Below are positions 26,831-36,876 of a stretch of DNA of 64,000 nucleotides, piece by piece; the first letter of the stretch is position 1, and every line of letters starts with the position of its first letter. The translations under genes were made by a program, and so were the position numbers. Under the pieces are notes generated by a model that saw nothing but the letters and a program-made list of their open reading frames with translations, was not told the origin of the DNA and made no database searches. Source of the DNA: Candidatus Magasanikiibacteriota bacterium (GTDB lineage: Bacteria; Patescibacteriota; Patescibacteriia; Magasanikbacterales; UBA922); the NCBI GenBank assembly GCA_041665025.1, contig JBAYJP010000005.1, positions 11,056 to 75,055 of the forward strand. Direction: 5' to 3'.

Positions 26831-26874
26831 TGACAAAAATATATGCATATTATATGCTTATTTATGCATAAAAT
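26831..26874 (+). promoter_or_regulatory. Promoter TTGACA-17-TATGCT overlapped by the palindromes ATATGCATAT and TTTATGCATAAA (candidate TrmB autoregulatory operators)
   Basis: Located immediately upstream of the TrmB-like regulator start at 26875. Confidence 0.35.
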
Positions 26875-27651
26875 ATGCAATTAGATACTTTTAAAAAATT
26901 AGGATTTTCTGACAAGGGTGCCAGTATATACGTGGCACTTTTGAGTTTAGGACCTAGTTCTGTGCGTAAATTAGCTGAATTTTGTGGCTTGAATAGGGGG
27001 ACGACGTATGATACCCTGAAATGGTTGCAATCAGAAGGGGTAGTAGAGTTCTATCAAAAGGATGCGAAACAGTATTTTGTAGCAGAAAATCCAGAAAAAC
27101 TGCTTGATATTGTGAAAAAACGTGATGAGGAGTTGCACGAAGCACAAAAAGAGGTGAGCCGGATGATACCTGAATTGCTCGCACTTCATAACAAAGGAGG
27201 CGAGCGCCCAGTTGCCAGATATTATCAAAAGGAAGAATTAAAAGAAATTTTGGAGGATGTACTCCACGTGTGCGAAGAAACGGATGAGAAAAAATACCAA
27301 ATTTATTCAACTGAGGAAATTAGAGAATGTTTGTATAAAGATTTTCCTACATTTAGTGATGTACGTGTTTCAAAAGGCATCCGTGTTCAGGTTATTGCGA
27401 TTGGTGAAGGCGGAGAACTGAGAGGGCTTGACGAACGCAAATGGCTTGACCCCCTCCACCCTTTGGGTACCTCCCCCCATAAGGGGGAGGGACACACTGC
27501 GCCGTCTGCAACGTACATTATTATTTATCCAGGCAAGACCGCGTATATTTCTCTTGACGCAAAAGCCGAGCCAGTAGGCGTGGTGATTGAAAATCAAGGA
27601 GTGTATGAAACACAGAAGTTAATTTTTGATAATTTGTGGAATAGCTTATAA
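26875..27651 (+). CDS. TrmB family sugar-responsive transcriptional regulator
   Basis: N-terminal wHTH DTFKKLGFSDKGASIYVALLSLGPSSVRKLAEFCGLNRGTTYDTLKWL. Confidence 0.65.
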   Translation: MQLDTFKKLGFSDKGASIYVALLSLGPSSVRKLAEFCGLNRGTTYDTLKWLQSEGVVEFYQKDAKQYFVAENPEKLLDIVKKRDEELHEAQKEVSRMIPELLALHNKGGERPVARYYQKEELKEILEDVLHVCEETDEKKYQIYSTEEIRECLYKDFPTFSDVRVSKGIRVQVIAIGEGGELRGLDERKWLDPLHPLGTSPHKGEGHTAPSATYIIIYPGKTAYISLDAKAEPVGVVIENQGVYETQKLIFDNLWNSL

Positions 27652-27655
27652 ATTT

Positions 27656-28303
27656 ATGTTTAATTACGTATTTATAGATTTTGACAAAACCATTTTTGAC
27701 TGTTTTCAGTTTGAACAAGACATGTGGAAGGTAGCAGAAGAGCGAAAAATTTCGAAGAAAGATTATATAGAAACATATAGACAAGCGATTCATTCGCGAA
27801 CAAAAGATGTATATGATTATACGTTTGAAGGACACATACAGCTTTTGGAATTGAGAGGGTATCATAATCTCGACGGCATGCTGGATGCGTGGGATACATT
27901 GTTGAAAAATAACTATTTGTTTGAGGGTGTTGAAGCATTACTTGGATTTTTGCAGAAAAATTCAAAACATCTGATATTGTTGACTGCGGGGAATAAAAGT
28001 TTTCAGATGAAAAAGATTTCTAGTGCGCCTATACAAATATTTTTTGAAGAAATTGTTGTTTTGGACGGGCATAAGGAAATATATTTGTCTGGTTTGAATA
28101 CACATTTTGGCGGCAGTCTATTCATCAATGATAGCATGAGAGAAAATAATATATTAAAACAAACATTTCCTGATTTAACTATCGTCGTAAGATTTGAGAG
28201 TCGTGATGAACATAACTATACAGAAGAACAGATGAAAGAGTTTGGCGCGCTGTATTTTGTGTCATTGAAAGATATGCTTGAGCATTTTAAACAAATTACA
28301 TAA
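27656..28303 (+). CDS. HAD superfamily hydrolase
   Basis: Motif I FIDFDKT immediately after the proposed ATG at 27656. The six-frame ORF starts earlier and overlaps the upstream gene. Confidence 0.55.
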   Translation: MFNYVFIDFDKTIFDCFQFEQDMWKVAEERKISKKDYIETYRQAIHSRTKDVYDYTFEGHIQLLELRGYHNLDGMLDAWDTLLKNNYLFEGVEALLGFLQKNSKHLILLTAGNKSFQMKKISSAPIQIFFEEIVVLDGHKEIYLSGLNTHFGGSLFINDSMRENNILKQTFPDLTIVVRFESRDEHNYTEEQMKEFGALYFVSLKDMLEHFKQIT

Positions 28304-28334
28304 TATATCAATATTTTTTTTAATCTTGTCGCGT

Positions 28335-29492
28335 ATGAAAGCGCTTATATACGATGCAACAAAAGGGCCTTGGTCGCAAACACGCGGATTTTGGATGTCT
28401 GAAATAGAAAATCCTGTACTTGGGGCGCAAGAAAAAGAGCATGTGATAGTAAAAATGAAATATGCGGGTTTTTGTGGAAGCGACCGTGGGATCTGGTCGC
28501 GCGTTTCGTTTGGAGAAATGATAGAATCATCTTTGCGTACAGAGGGCAAGAGCCAGAGAACTATTGGGCATGAGCTTTTGGGAGAAATAGTAGAAATCGG
28601 CGCAGATGTACAAGAAAAATATAGTTTGCGTATAGGTGATATTGTTTCAGCAGAATCCCACATAACATGTGGCACCTGTTATCAATGCGCGCACGGAGAT
28701 AAACATGTATGTGCAGATGATATTATTATTGGTATTGCCAAAGATGGATGTTTTGCAGAGTATGTGAAATTACCGGCAAAAATTATGTGGAAAACAGATG
28801 TTTCAAAAATTGATCCGCGCATTGGAGCGATTCAAGAGCCGTTTGGCAATGCCGTGCACGCGTGTACGCAAGTTGATTTGAAAGATAAAACAGTCGCTGT
28901 CTTTGGAAGCGGTGCAATTGGCTCGCTCGTTATCATGGTTGCCAAAGGGATGGGGGCAAAAAAAATCATTGCAATAGATACAAGCGACGACAAACTTGAT
29001 ATGGCGCGCGCGGTGGGCGCAGATGAGACCGTTACACTAAACATATCGCCCTTGTCTGACGCAAAACCATGGCAACATAATATATCGGTAACTAAACGTA
29101 TCAAAGAATTGACCAATGGCGTAGGCGTTGATGTGGCTATGGATATGGCAGGTCCGAACGCAAGCGTAAATAACGCAATTCAGTCAGTGCGTCGCGGAGG
29201 GCATGTTGTGTTATTTGGCCTCAAGTCTGGAGATTTTGTCATAGAAAATTTTGAGACTATGATCCGCAATGGCGTACAGATTCACAGTGTTATTGGTCGG
29301 CAAATTTGGGAAACATGGGAGACGACAAAGAAATTGCTTGAAGATCCAGCAACTGGGATTCAAGAAAAAATAAAAAAATATGTGATGAAAGATTTTGAAG
29401 GATCAGTTGTAAAGTTTCATGAATTTGAAAGGGAGAGTTTTGAGGAAAAGATGAAGGAGTATCCGAAGTTGATATTTGATTTTTTGAATTAA
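28335..29492 (+). CDS. tdh: L-threonine 3-dehydrogenase (zinc ADH family)
   Basis: MKALIYD...YAGFCGSDRGIW...GHELLGEIVEIG; zinc ligands CGTCYQCAHGDKHVC; directly followed by kbl. Confidence 0.7.
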   Translation: MKALIYDATKGPWSQTRGFWMSEIENPVLGAQEKEHVIVKMKYAGFCGSDRGIWSRVSFGEMIESSLRTEGKSQRTIGHELLGEIVEIGADVQEKYSLRIGDIVSAESHITCGTCYQCAHGDKHVCADDIIIGIAKDGCFAEYVKLPAKIMWKTDVSKIDPRIGAIQEPFGNAVHACTQVDLKDKTVAVFGSGAIGSLVIMVAKGMGAKKIIAIDTSDDKLDMARAVGADETVTLNISPLSDAKPWQHNISVTKRIKELTNGVGVDVAMDMAGPNASVNNAIQSVRRGGHVVLFGLKSGDFVIENFETMIRNGVQIHSVIGRQIWETWETTKKLLEDPATGIQEKIKKYVMKDFEGSVVKFHEFERESFEEKMKEYPKLIFDFLN

Positions 29493-29589
29493 TAGAACGC
29501 GAATAGAACGAATTAAACTAATCAAAACTAATTCGTTCGGATTCGTCGGATTTGTTTAATCAGTGTTCCATTATTATATGTATCTAAAA

Positions 29590-30765
29590 ATGAAAGAGCT
29601 CTTACAAGGAGAACTAAGCAAAATCAAAGAAGCAGGTTTTTCCAAAGATGAACGTATTTTGGAAACTCCACAAGGTGTTGAAATAGTAACAAACGGGAAA
29701 AAAGTTTTGAATTTTTGCGCAAATAATTATTTAGGATTGGCAAATCATCCAGAAGTAGTACAGGCTGCGCATGACGCACTTGATACCTGGGGATATGGCA
29801 TGAGTTCAGTTCGTTTTATTTGTGGAACCCAGCAACAGCATAAAGATTTAGAAAAGAAAATCAGTACATTTTTGGGAACCGAAGACACTATATTATATTC
29901 ATCATGTTTTGACGCAAATGGTGGATTGTTTGAAACGCTTCTTACTGATCAAGACGCGATTATTTCTGATCAATTGAATCATGCATCCATTATTGATGGG
30001 GTGCGACTATGTAAGGCAGAGCGTTTTAGATACGCGCATAGTAACATGGAAGAACTGGAAACTATTTTGAAACAAACGCAAGTAAAAAGATTTCGTATGA
30101 TTGTGACTGATGGCGTGTTTAGTATGGATGGTGACACGGCTAATTTAAAAGGCATTTGTGATTTAGCAGAAAAATATGACGCTATTGTTGTAGTGGATGA
30201 CTCACACGCAACGGGATTTGTAGGCGAACATGGCAAGGGATCTGCGGAATATTGTGGTGTCGAAGGCCGGGTAGATATTATTACGTCAACTCTTGGTAAA
30301 GCACTTGGGGGAGCCAGTGGAGGGTTCACTTCTGGACGAAAGGAAATTATTGATTATCTCCGTCAGCGATCTCGCACCTATTTGTTTTCAAATACACTGG
30401 CGCCTGTTATTGTGGGTACGTCACTTAAAGTATTTGATTTGCTTTCAACAACGGCCAGTTCGCTTGCAAAACTCCGTGAAAATACTACATACTTCAGACA
30501 AAAAATGTCAGAAGCAGGGTTTGAACTCCATGGAGTAGATCATCCAATTGTTCCTGTCATGCTCTATGACGCAAAAGTTGCAAAAGAGTTAGCTACCAAA
30601 TTACTTGATGAAGGAATATATGTAATTGCGTTTAGTTATCCGGTTGTGCCTGAAGGACAAGCACGTATTCGGGTGCAGATTTCGGCGGCACATGAGCGTG
30701 AACATTTAGATACGTGTATTGAGGCGTTTAAGAAGATTGGGAAAGAAATGGGGATATTGAAATAA
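29590..30765 (+). CDS. kbl: 2-amino-3-ketobutyrate CoA ligase (glycine C-acetyltransferase)
   Basis: [33 protein letters not shown] and PLP-lysine [13 protein letters not shown]. Confidence 0.8.
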   Translation: MKELLQGELSKIKEAGFSKDERILETPQGVEIVTNGKKVLNFCANNYLGLANHPEVVQAAHDALDTWGYGMSSVRFICGTQQQHKDLEKKISTFLGTEDTILYSSCFDANGGLFETLLTDQDAIISDQLNHASIIDGVRLCKAERFRYAHSNMEELETILKQTQVKRFRMIVTDGVFSMDGDTANLKGICDLAEKYDAIVVVDDSHATGFVGEHGKGSAEYCGVEGRVDIITSTLGKALGGASGGFTSGRKEIIDYLRQRSRTYLFSNTLAPVIVGTSLKVFDLLSTTASSLAKLRENTTYFRQKMSEAGFELHGVDHPIVPVMLYDAKVAKELATKLLDEGIYVIAFSYPVVPEGQARIRVQISAAHEREHLDTCIEAFKKIGKEMGILK

Positions 30766-30799
30766 TATTAGAAAAATATTAAACAAATATTAAATATTT

Positions 30800-31819
30800 A
30801 TGTCACGTCAATTTTTGACCGGTCACGAAGTCGTGGTACAGGCATGTATAGACGCAGGTGCTACACATATGTTTGGTTACCCGATAACTCCTGGCACAGA
30901 AATACTTACCGGGTGGATCAAGCGCGCGCAAGAAAATAAAAATATGCACTATTTGCAAACTGAAGATGAAATAGCTGCAGGATTTATGGTTGCAGGAGCT
31001 ATTATGGCAGGTGAAAAGGCATTTACGGCAACAGCGGGACCTGGTACGACACTCATGCAAGATGCCATGAGCATGGCAGATGGTATGCGACTGCCATTTG
31101 TCGTCATTGTGGGACAGCGTGGTGGACCAAGTTCGGGCACAGTTATTTATTCTCAACAAGAAGTGAATCTTGCTATTCATGGGGGAAATGGTGAGGGTTT
31201 ACGGCTCGTATATTCACCATCTGATGTGAAAGAGCTGTATTGTGTTACACGACTTGCATTTAACAATGCGTGGAAATACAGATTTCCAAATGTTGTGTTG
31301 ACTGATGGATATTTGTTGAAAACAAAACAAGGTGTTGAGCTTGATACTGATATTGAAAATATTGAGGCAACTCCTTTGGTTTCGGATAAGACACAAAAAA
31401 ATATTAGAAATATTTATACGTTTGAAGAAGAATTGTATGAAGAGTTGGGCAAGCAGAAAGAAGATTTTGATGCGATGGCAAAAGAAGTCATAAAGTTTGA
31501 AAGTTATAAAGTTGAAAGCTGCGAAGAACTGATTGTAGCCCACGGTATTGTTGGAGCGGCGGCGAAGGATGCTGTTGATGAATTGCAAAAACAAGGTAAG
31601 AAAGTCGGATTGTTTCGGCCGATCACGTTAAGTCCGTTCCCAAAAGAGGAATTAAATAAATTAGCACAGAATGTTAAACGAATTGTTATTGTAGAATCTA
31701 GTTTGGGTCAGTTGCGAGATTTGGTAAAACAGAATTTGGAGGTTGATGTGAAGATCGAGGGATTGTATAAGCCCGCCGTCGGAATAGAAACCGAAGAAAT
31801 TGTGAAAATGTTCAGGTAA
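30800..31819 (+). CDS. 2-oxoacid:ferredoxin oxidoreductase alpha subunit
   Basis: LTGHEVVVQACIDAGATHMFGYPITPGTEIL...ATAGPGTTLMQDAMSMA. Confidence 0.65.
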   Translation: MSRQFLTGHEVVVQACIDAGATHMFGYPITPGTEILTGWIKRAQENKNMHYLQTEDEIAAGFMVAGAIMAGEKAFTATAGPGTTLMQDAMSMADGMRLPFVVIVGQRGGPSSGTVIYSQQEVNLAIHGGNGEGLRLVYSPSDVKELYCVTRLAFNNAWKYRFPNVVLTDGYLLKTKQGVELDTDIENIEATPLVSDKTQKNIRNIYTFEEELYEELGKQKEDFDAMAKEVIKFESYKVESCEELIVAHGIVGAAAKDAVDELQKQGKKVGLFRPITLSPFPKEELNKLAQNVKRIVIVESSLGQLRDLVKQNLEVDVKIEGLYKPAVGIETEEIVKMFR

Positions 31820-31835
31820 TACGTATCAAATTATT

Positions 31836-33062
31836 ATGTCTGAAAACAAAAATATTTTAGGAGATTTACAACACATTAGAGAAATTGCAAATTTTAGACG
31901 TGAACAAGGTCATTTGCCAACTCATATAAGAAGATCAAAAGAGGAAATGCACCAAGTCAATAGAATTGGAAAAATAAGAAGGCGGTTTAAAGATGGAACC
32001 TTGCCCGATATAGTTCAGAAGAGAGTTGAAGGAGTTGGCGTACGATTAGAACCTGGAAGAGAACGGGAAGAAAATATTAGAGATAGAGTCAAAGCATACA
32101 AATTGTTTGTAAAGAAAACCGGCCGTAAACCTTCTGAATTATCTGATGATCCAAACGAAAGGAAGCTGTCTGATTTTATTAGAAGACTTCGATTGGGATA
32201 CCGAAATGAACAAAGACAAGATGCAGGAGAAGATATTGTAGGCTGTGCTAAACTTCCTGAAGATAGAAAGGATGTTGTTTTAAAAGCAGGTATCATATTA
32301 GAACCTTCAAAAGAACGAGAACGATTATTTGAGGAGGATTTACAAGCAGTTGTGGATTGGAGAGTTGAACACAAAAAATTACCAAGCCAGTATTCATCCC
32401 ATAAGAGAGAAAAATATTTAGCAAGCCGTTTACGTGTTTGGAGATGTTCTTATGCAAACATGAAAGTTCTTGATTCTGGAGAAGTGCCAAGTTCTCATAA
32501 TCGTTTGTCACCGGATAAAATGAAGTTGTTAGAAGATAACGGACTTATTGTCAAAAAGGAAAAGGATTTTTATAACAAAGCAGATGAAGTCCTAGGCTTT
32601 CTAAAGATTCATGGTCGGCTTCCAAGTAGCAATTGGAAAAACGTTTATGGAAGAGAGAGACAGTTAGGTCAACAAATATCGCGTTGGAGACTTGGCTATC
32701 TTGAGGAGGTAAGAAGGTTGTCGGGGAATCCTATGAAAACAAGACGTAGGTTGATGACCAATCATTTGAAATTTCTTGTTGAGAAGGGTGTATTATCTGA
32801 TGATTTTCATCTGATTGAACTTCTAAGTAACAGACGGATGGTTAGACCTATTTCAGAAAGAGACAGTATGATTTGTTTCCCGAAAAAGACAGAGATGAGT
32901 ACCCACCAATGTGGGAAAGATTATATGAATGCTAATGCACTTATGTCTAAAGATGACGTATGTTTTGGGTGTAGGCAAGGTGGCGCCATCCGTGATGGTA
33001 TCGCTAGTAGTCAAGAATTTACACGAGGTAAGAGAACCAAACTAGGAATTATTGATAAATAA
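31836..33062 (+). CDS. Basic Arg/Lys-rich protein with about four helicase-associated (HA)-domain-like repeats and a C-terminal Cys/His cluster, inserted between the alpha and beta genes
   Basis: Repeats such as FRREQGHLPTHIRRSK...; FVKKTGRKPSELSDDPNERKLSDFIRRLRLGY; FLKIHGRLPSSNWKNVYGRERQLGQQISRWRLGY. C terminus CFPKKTEMSTHQCGKD...DDVCFGC. Arg is encoded mainly by AGA/AGG, unlike the flanking genes, which use CGN. Confidence 0.5.
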   Translation: MSENKNILGDLQHIREIANFRREQGHLPTHIRRSKEEMHQVNRIGKIRRRFKDGTLPDIVQKRVEGVGVRLEPGREREENIRDRVKAYKLFVKKTGRKPSELSDDPNERKLSDFIRRLRLGYRNEQRQDAGEDIVGCAKLPEDRKDVVLKAGIILEPSKERERLFEEDLQAVVDWRVEHKKLPSQYSSHKREKYLASRLRVWRCSYANMKVLDSGEVPSSHNRLSPDKMKLLEDNGLIVKKEKDFYNKADEVLGFLKIHGRLPSSNWKNVYGRERQLGQQISRWRLGYLEEVRRLSGNPMKTRRRLMTNHLKFLVEKGVLSDDFHLIELLSNRRMVRPISERDSMICFPKKTEMSTHQCGKDYMNANALMSKDDVCFGCRQGGAIRDGIASSQEFTRGKRTKLGIIDK

Positions 33063-33067
33063 AATAT

Positions 33068-33739
33068 ATGAGTCATTTTTCAAAATTCTGTCCAGGCTGT
33101 GGTCAACCCGTTATATTGCAGACGCTCTATCGCATTTTGCAAGAATTAAAATTGGAAGAAAAAGCAGTACTTGGTTTGGATATTGGATGTGCTCTTTTGG
33201 CATGGGATTTTTTGGCAATTAATACCTTCCAAACCCATCATGGACGCGTAACTCCAACTATGGTTGGATTCAAACGCGCCAATCCAAACGCACTTACATT
33301 TGCATATACCGGAGATGGTGGAGCATACGCGATCGGGTTACAAAGTATTTTACACGCGGCTTTACGCAATGATCCCGTTACGGTGATTGTTTCAAACAAT
33401 ATCGTGTATGGTATGACCGGGGGCCAAACCAGTCCGACTACAGTGAAAGGGCAAAAAACTGACACGTCTCCATTGGGCAATGAGCAGGAACCATTTTTTG
33501 GTCCTGAATTATTACGAACTATAAATAAAAAAGTATATATTGCGCGTACTGCTATGAATGATATAAAACAGCTGAAAGAATATTTAACAAAAGCGATTGA
33601 AGCACAACAGCAAGGTAATTTTTCATTAGTTGAAGTATTAAGTTTTTGTCCAACGAACTGGAAGACAAAAGGAATTGAAACAAATAAATTTTTGGAAGAG
33701 AGGTTGAAGCCAGTATTTGTGACCGGAGAAATATTATAA
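33068..33739 (+). CDS. 2-oxoacid:ferredoxin oxidoreductase beta subunit (TPP-binding)
   Basis: FCPGCGQP N terminus; TGDGGAYAIG...VIVSNNIVYGMTGGQTS. Confidence 0.7.
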   Translation: MSHFSKFCPGCGQPVILQTLYRILQELKLEEKAVLGLDIGCALLAWDFLAINTFQTHHGRVTPTMVGFKRANPNALTFAYTGDGGAYAIGLQSILHAALRNDPVTVIVSNNIVYGMTGGQTSPTTVKGQKTDTSPLGNEQEPFFGPELLRTINKKVYIARTAMNDIKQLKEYLTKAIEAQQQGNFSLVEVLSFCPTNWKTKGIETNKFLEERLKPVFVTGEIL

Positions 33740-33749
33740 ATACTAGATA

Positions 33750-34253
33750 TTGAATATTATGATATTAAAAATTTTATTATCTGGCGACGGAGGTCAGGGA
33801 ATACAATTTATGTCAGATGTGATTTGCAAAGCGGCCTTTGAAAAAGAATGGTTTGTTTCTCATATTCCGAATTATGGTTTGGAACAGCGCGGCGGAATTT
33901 CACTCGCATTTATTCAAATTGCGGACAAAGAAATTGCTTACCCACGCTTTACGAAACCCGATATTATGGCTGTGTTGTCTCATCAGGCGCATGAACGGGT
34001 TAAACAATTTGTAAATGATGAATGCAAAATGCTAAATATCGATAATTACGAAGAAATATTGAAAGAACAAAAAGTCCCCGTGCAAAGTTACAATATTTTC
34101 TTTCTGGGATTATTAGCAAATTTCTTGGAAGAGGAAAATATTTGTAAAAAGGAAGATATTTTTAAGTTGATTGAAAAGAAGTTGAGTGTAAAACCGGGGT
34201 GGGAGGAGAATAAACGAGTATGGGAATTTTCAATTTCAAATTTCAAATTTTGA
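33750..34253 (+). CDS. 2-oxoacid:ferredoxin oxidoreductase gamma subunit
   Basis: ILLSGDGGQGIQFMSDVICKAA...EQRGGISLAFIQIADKEI. Confidence 0.7.
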   Translation: MNIMILKILLSGDGGQGIQFMSDVICKAAFEKEWFVSHIPNYGLEQRGGISLAFIQIADKEIAYPRFTKPDIMAVLSHQAHERVKQFVNDECKMLNIDNYEEILKEQKVPVQSYNIFFLGLLANFLEEENICKKEDIFKLIEKKLSVKPGWEENKRVWEFSISNFKF

Positions 34254-34344
34254 AACAATTTTAAATTATAAAATTTATAAATCGTCCTAGACCCGGACCT
34301 GGAGGGTTTTGAAATTCAAAATTAAAAATTATAAATTTAAATCT
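34225..34344. repeat. AT-rich intergenic repeat family, copy A (ATTTCAAATTTTGAAACAATTTTAAATTATAAAATTTATAAAT ... ATTAAAAATTATAAATTT)
   Basis: Shares long near-identical stretches with 37523-37607 and 41095-41215. Ends at the glmS start. Confidence 0.5.
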
Positions 34345-36186
34345 ATGTGCGGAATAGTCGGTTATATTGGCAACAAACAAGCATTACCCATTCTTATTCA
34401 AGGATTGCGTCGTTTAGAATATCGCGGATATGACAGCGCGGGCGTTGCAGTGATCAATGATCAACAAACAACGAACGACGAACAAATTCAACGCGTTCGG
34501 GCGGTGGGGAAAATAGATATGTTAGCAGAGAAGGTAAAAGATGCCGGTATTTCCGGTAGCATAGGAATTGCCCATACGCGCTGGGCAACTCATGGTGGGG
34601 TAACCGAAGAAAATGCCCACCCGCATTTTGGATGTGACGGAAAATTGGTTATTGCCCATAACGGCATAGTTGAAAATTATCGTGAACTAAAAGAGGCAAT
34701 GGAAGGCAAACATTCATTTACGTCAGAGACTGATACAGAAATCTTGGCGCACCTCATTGAGTCACACTATCATGGTGATCTACGGCAGGCAGTTGAAACA
34801 GCGTTATCCCATGTGCGCGGTACGTATGGGCTTGTGGTTATGCATGCTGATCATCCAGGCACTATTATTGCTGCTCGTCTAGGCAGCCCGTTAGTTATCG
34901 GAATCGGAGACGATGAACATTTTATTGCAAGCGACGCAACACCTATGCTTGCATACACAAAAAAGGTTGTATTTTTGGATGATGGCGATATTGCAGAAAT
35001 TCACAAAGATAGTTTTGTCACCTATGATTTAAAAGATAAAATAATTACTAAACATATAGAAGAAATTGAATGGGATGACGAACAAGCCCAGAAACAAGGA
35101 TATGATCATTTTATGCTCAAAGAAATCTTTGATCAGCCGACCGTTTTTGAAGATGCGATTCGCGGGCGCTACAATATTGATGAGGGGACCGCACATTTGG
35201 GCGGCCTCAATATGAATGATGAGGAAATGAGAAGAGTACATCGTATTGTGCTTATTGCATGTGGTACGGCGTCATATGCAGCAATGGTAGGAAAATATGC
35301 ATTTGAACGTCTGGCAGGAATTCCTACAGAAGTAGATGTGGCAAGCGAATTTCGTTACCGTGATCCTATTATTGACAGTAATACCTTGGTATTTGCTATT
35401 TCACAATCGGGCGAGACACAAGATACCTTGGCTGCGGTGCGTGAAGCAAAACGAAAAGGCGCCTTTGTTCGTGGTATTGTAAACGTCATTGGTTCAACTA
35501 TTGCTCGTGAGACAGATGGCGGTACCTATATTCATGCTGGCCCAGAATTGGCTGTAGCTTCTACCAAAGCATATACCAATATGGTTGCTATCATGATTTT
35601 GTATGCCATTCAATTTGGACGTCTAAAACGTATTACGCTTGCAACCGGACAGCGTTTGATCCACGCCCTGCTCGAAATTCCAGAAAAAATGAATATGATT
35701 TTTGAACAAAATGAACATATAAAAAATCTTGCAGAAAAATATAAAGATTATAAAGATTTCTTGTTTCTTGGACGCGGTATCAATTATCCTGTCGCGCTTG
35801 AGGGTTCGCATAAGCTAAAAGAGATCTCATACATTCATAGTGAGGCTTATCCAGCAGGAGAAATGAAGCACGGAGTTAACGCTCTTCTGGCTCCAGATTT
35901 TCCTATATTTGCCATTATGGCCAAAGATCAATTGTATGACAAAATGAGAAGCAATATTGAAGAGGTTCGCGCGCGCAAATCGCCCATCATATTGCTTGCA
36001 ACACAAGGAGATGAAAAGGCAACAGAACTTGCCAAAGATATCATCTATGTACCCGATACTATGGAACTCCTCGAACCATTACTTAATACTATTCCTTTGC
36101 AGTTATTTGCGTATCACGTTGCAGTCTTATTGGGCAGGGACGTAGATAGACCGAGGAATCTTGCTAAGAGTGTGACGGTAGAATAG
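34345..36186 (+). CDS. glmS: Glutamine--fructose-6-phosphate aminotransferase
   Basis: Start MCGIVGYIG (Cys2 nucleophile); two SIS domains; C-terminal PLQLFAYHVAVLLGRDVDRPRNLAKSVTVE. Confidence 0.9.
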   Translation: MCGIVGYIGNKQALPILIQGLRRLEYRGYDSAGVAVINDQQTTNDEQIQRVRAVGKIDMLAEKVKDAGISGSIGIAHTRWATHGGVTEENAHPHFGCDGKLVIAHNGIVENYRELKEAMEGKHSFTSETDTEILAHLIESHYHGDLRQAVETALSHVRGTYGLVVMHADHPGTIIAARLGSPLVIGIGDDEHFIASDATPMLAYTKKVVFLDDGDIAEIHKDSFVTYDLKDKIITKHIEEIEWDDEQAQKQGYDHFMLKEIFDQPTVFEDAIRGRYNIDEGTAHLGGLNMNDEEMRRVHRIVLIACGTASYAAMVGKYAFERLAGIPTEVDVASEFRYRDPIIDSNTLVFAISQSGETQDTLAAVREAKRKGAFVRGIVNVIGSTIARETDGGTYIHAGPELAVASTKAYTNMVAIMILYAIQFGRLKRITLATGQRLIHALLEIPEKMNMIFEQNEHIKNLAEKYKDYKDFLFLGRGINYPVALEGSHKLKEISYIHSEAYPAGEMKHGVNALLAPDFPIFAIMAKDQLYDKMRSNIEEVRARKSPIILLATQGDEKATELAKDIIYVPDTMELLEPLLNTIPLQLFAYHVAVLLGRDVDRPRNLAKSVTVE

Positions 36187-36207
36187 TTATTAATTCAAAA
36201 TTATTGT

Positions 36208-36876
36208 ATGAAGTACAAAGCCGTTATCTACGATATGGATGGATTACTTATTGATAGTATGATTCATTGGATGCATTCTGATGATCGATTTTATAAACCG
36301 CGTGGAGTTACTTTGACACCGGACTTAATAAAATTTTTGACCGGAAAAAGTTTGCGTGAAAATATGACCTGGCTCAAAGAAGAATATAAACTGGAAGAAA
36401 GTGTAGAAGAACTCATAGTGGAACGTGCGAGAACTACTGACAACATCTATACTGATCTTACTACTGATATGCCCGGGGCGACACGGCTTATCAAACGGCT
36501 TAAACGAGAAGGTTTTAAACAGGCCATTGCCTCTGGCTCAATGTATGAGCGTATTAAGCTGGTGGTTCAGCGTTTTGGTTGGGATATATATTTGGACAAA
36601 CTAATTTCAGCTGACCATGTACAGGATAAAGGAAAGCCAGATCCAGGAATATTTTTACATGCTGCAAAACAATTAGATATTCACCCTGCAGACTGTATAG
36701 TATTCGAAGATGCAGAAAATGGCGTGGTGGCCGCAAAACGTGCAGGCATGACGTGCATTGCAGCGCTAGATAAGCGCTGGAGTTTTGGAGATTTTAGCCA
36801 GGCAGATTTGATTGTTGAGTCTTTGGAAGATAAGAGAATTTTTGATTTTCTAGAATTATCATATGGACAAAATTAA
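36208..36876 (+). CDS. HAD superfamily hydrolase (phosphatase), tandem paralog 1
   Basis: Motif I VIYDMDGLLIDS; C terminus ALDKRWSFGDFSQADLIVESL. Confidence 0.65.
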   Translation: MKYKAVIYDMDGLLIDSMIHWMHSDDRFYKPRGVTLTPDLIKFLTGKSLRENMTWLKEEYKLEESVEELIVERARTTDNIYTDLTTDMPGATRLIKRLKREGFKQAIASGSMYERIKLVVQRFGWDIYLDKLISADHVQDKGKPDPGIFLHAAKQLDIHPADCIVFEDAENGVVAAKRAGMTCIAALDKRWSFGDFSQADLIVESLEDKRIFDFLELSYGQN

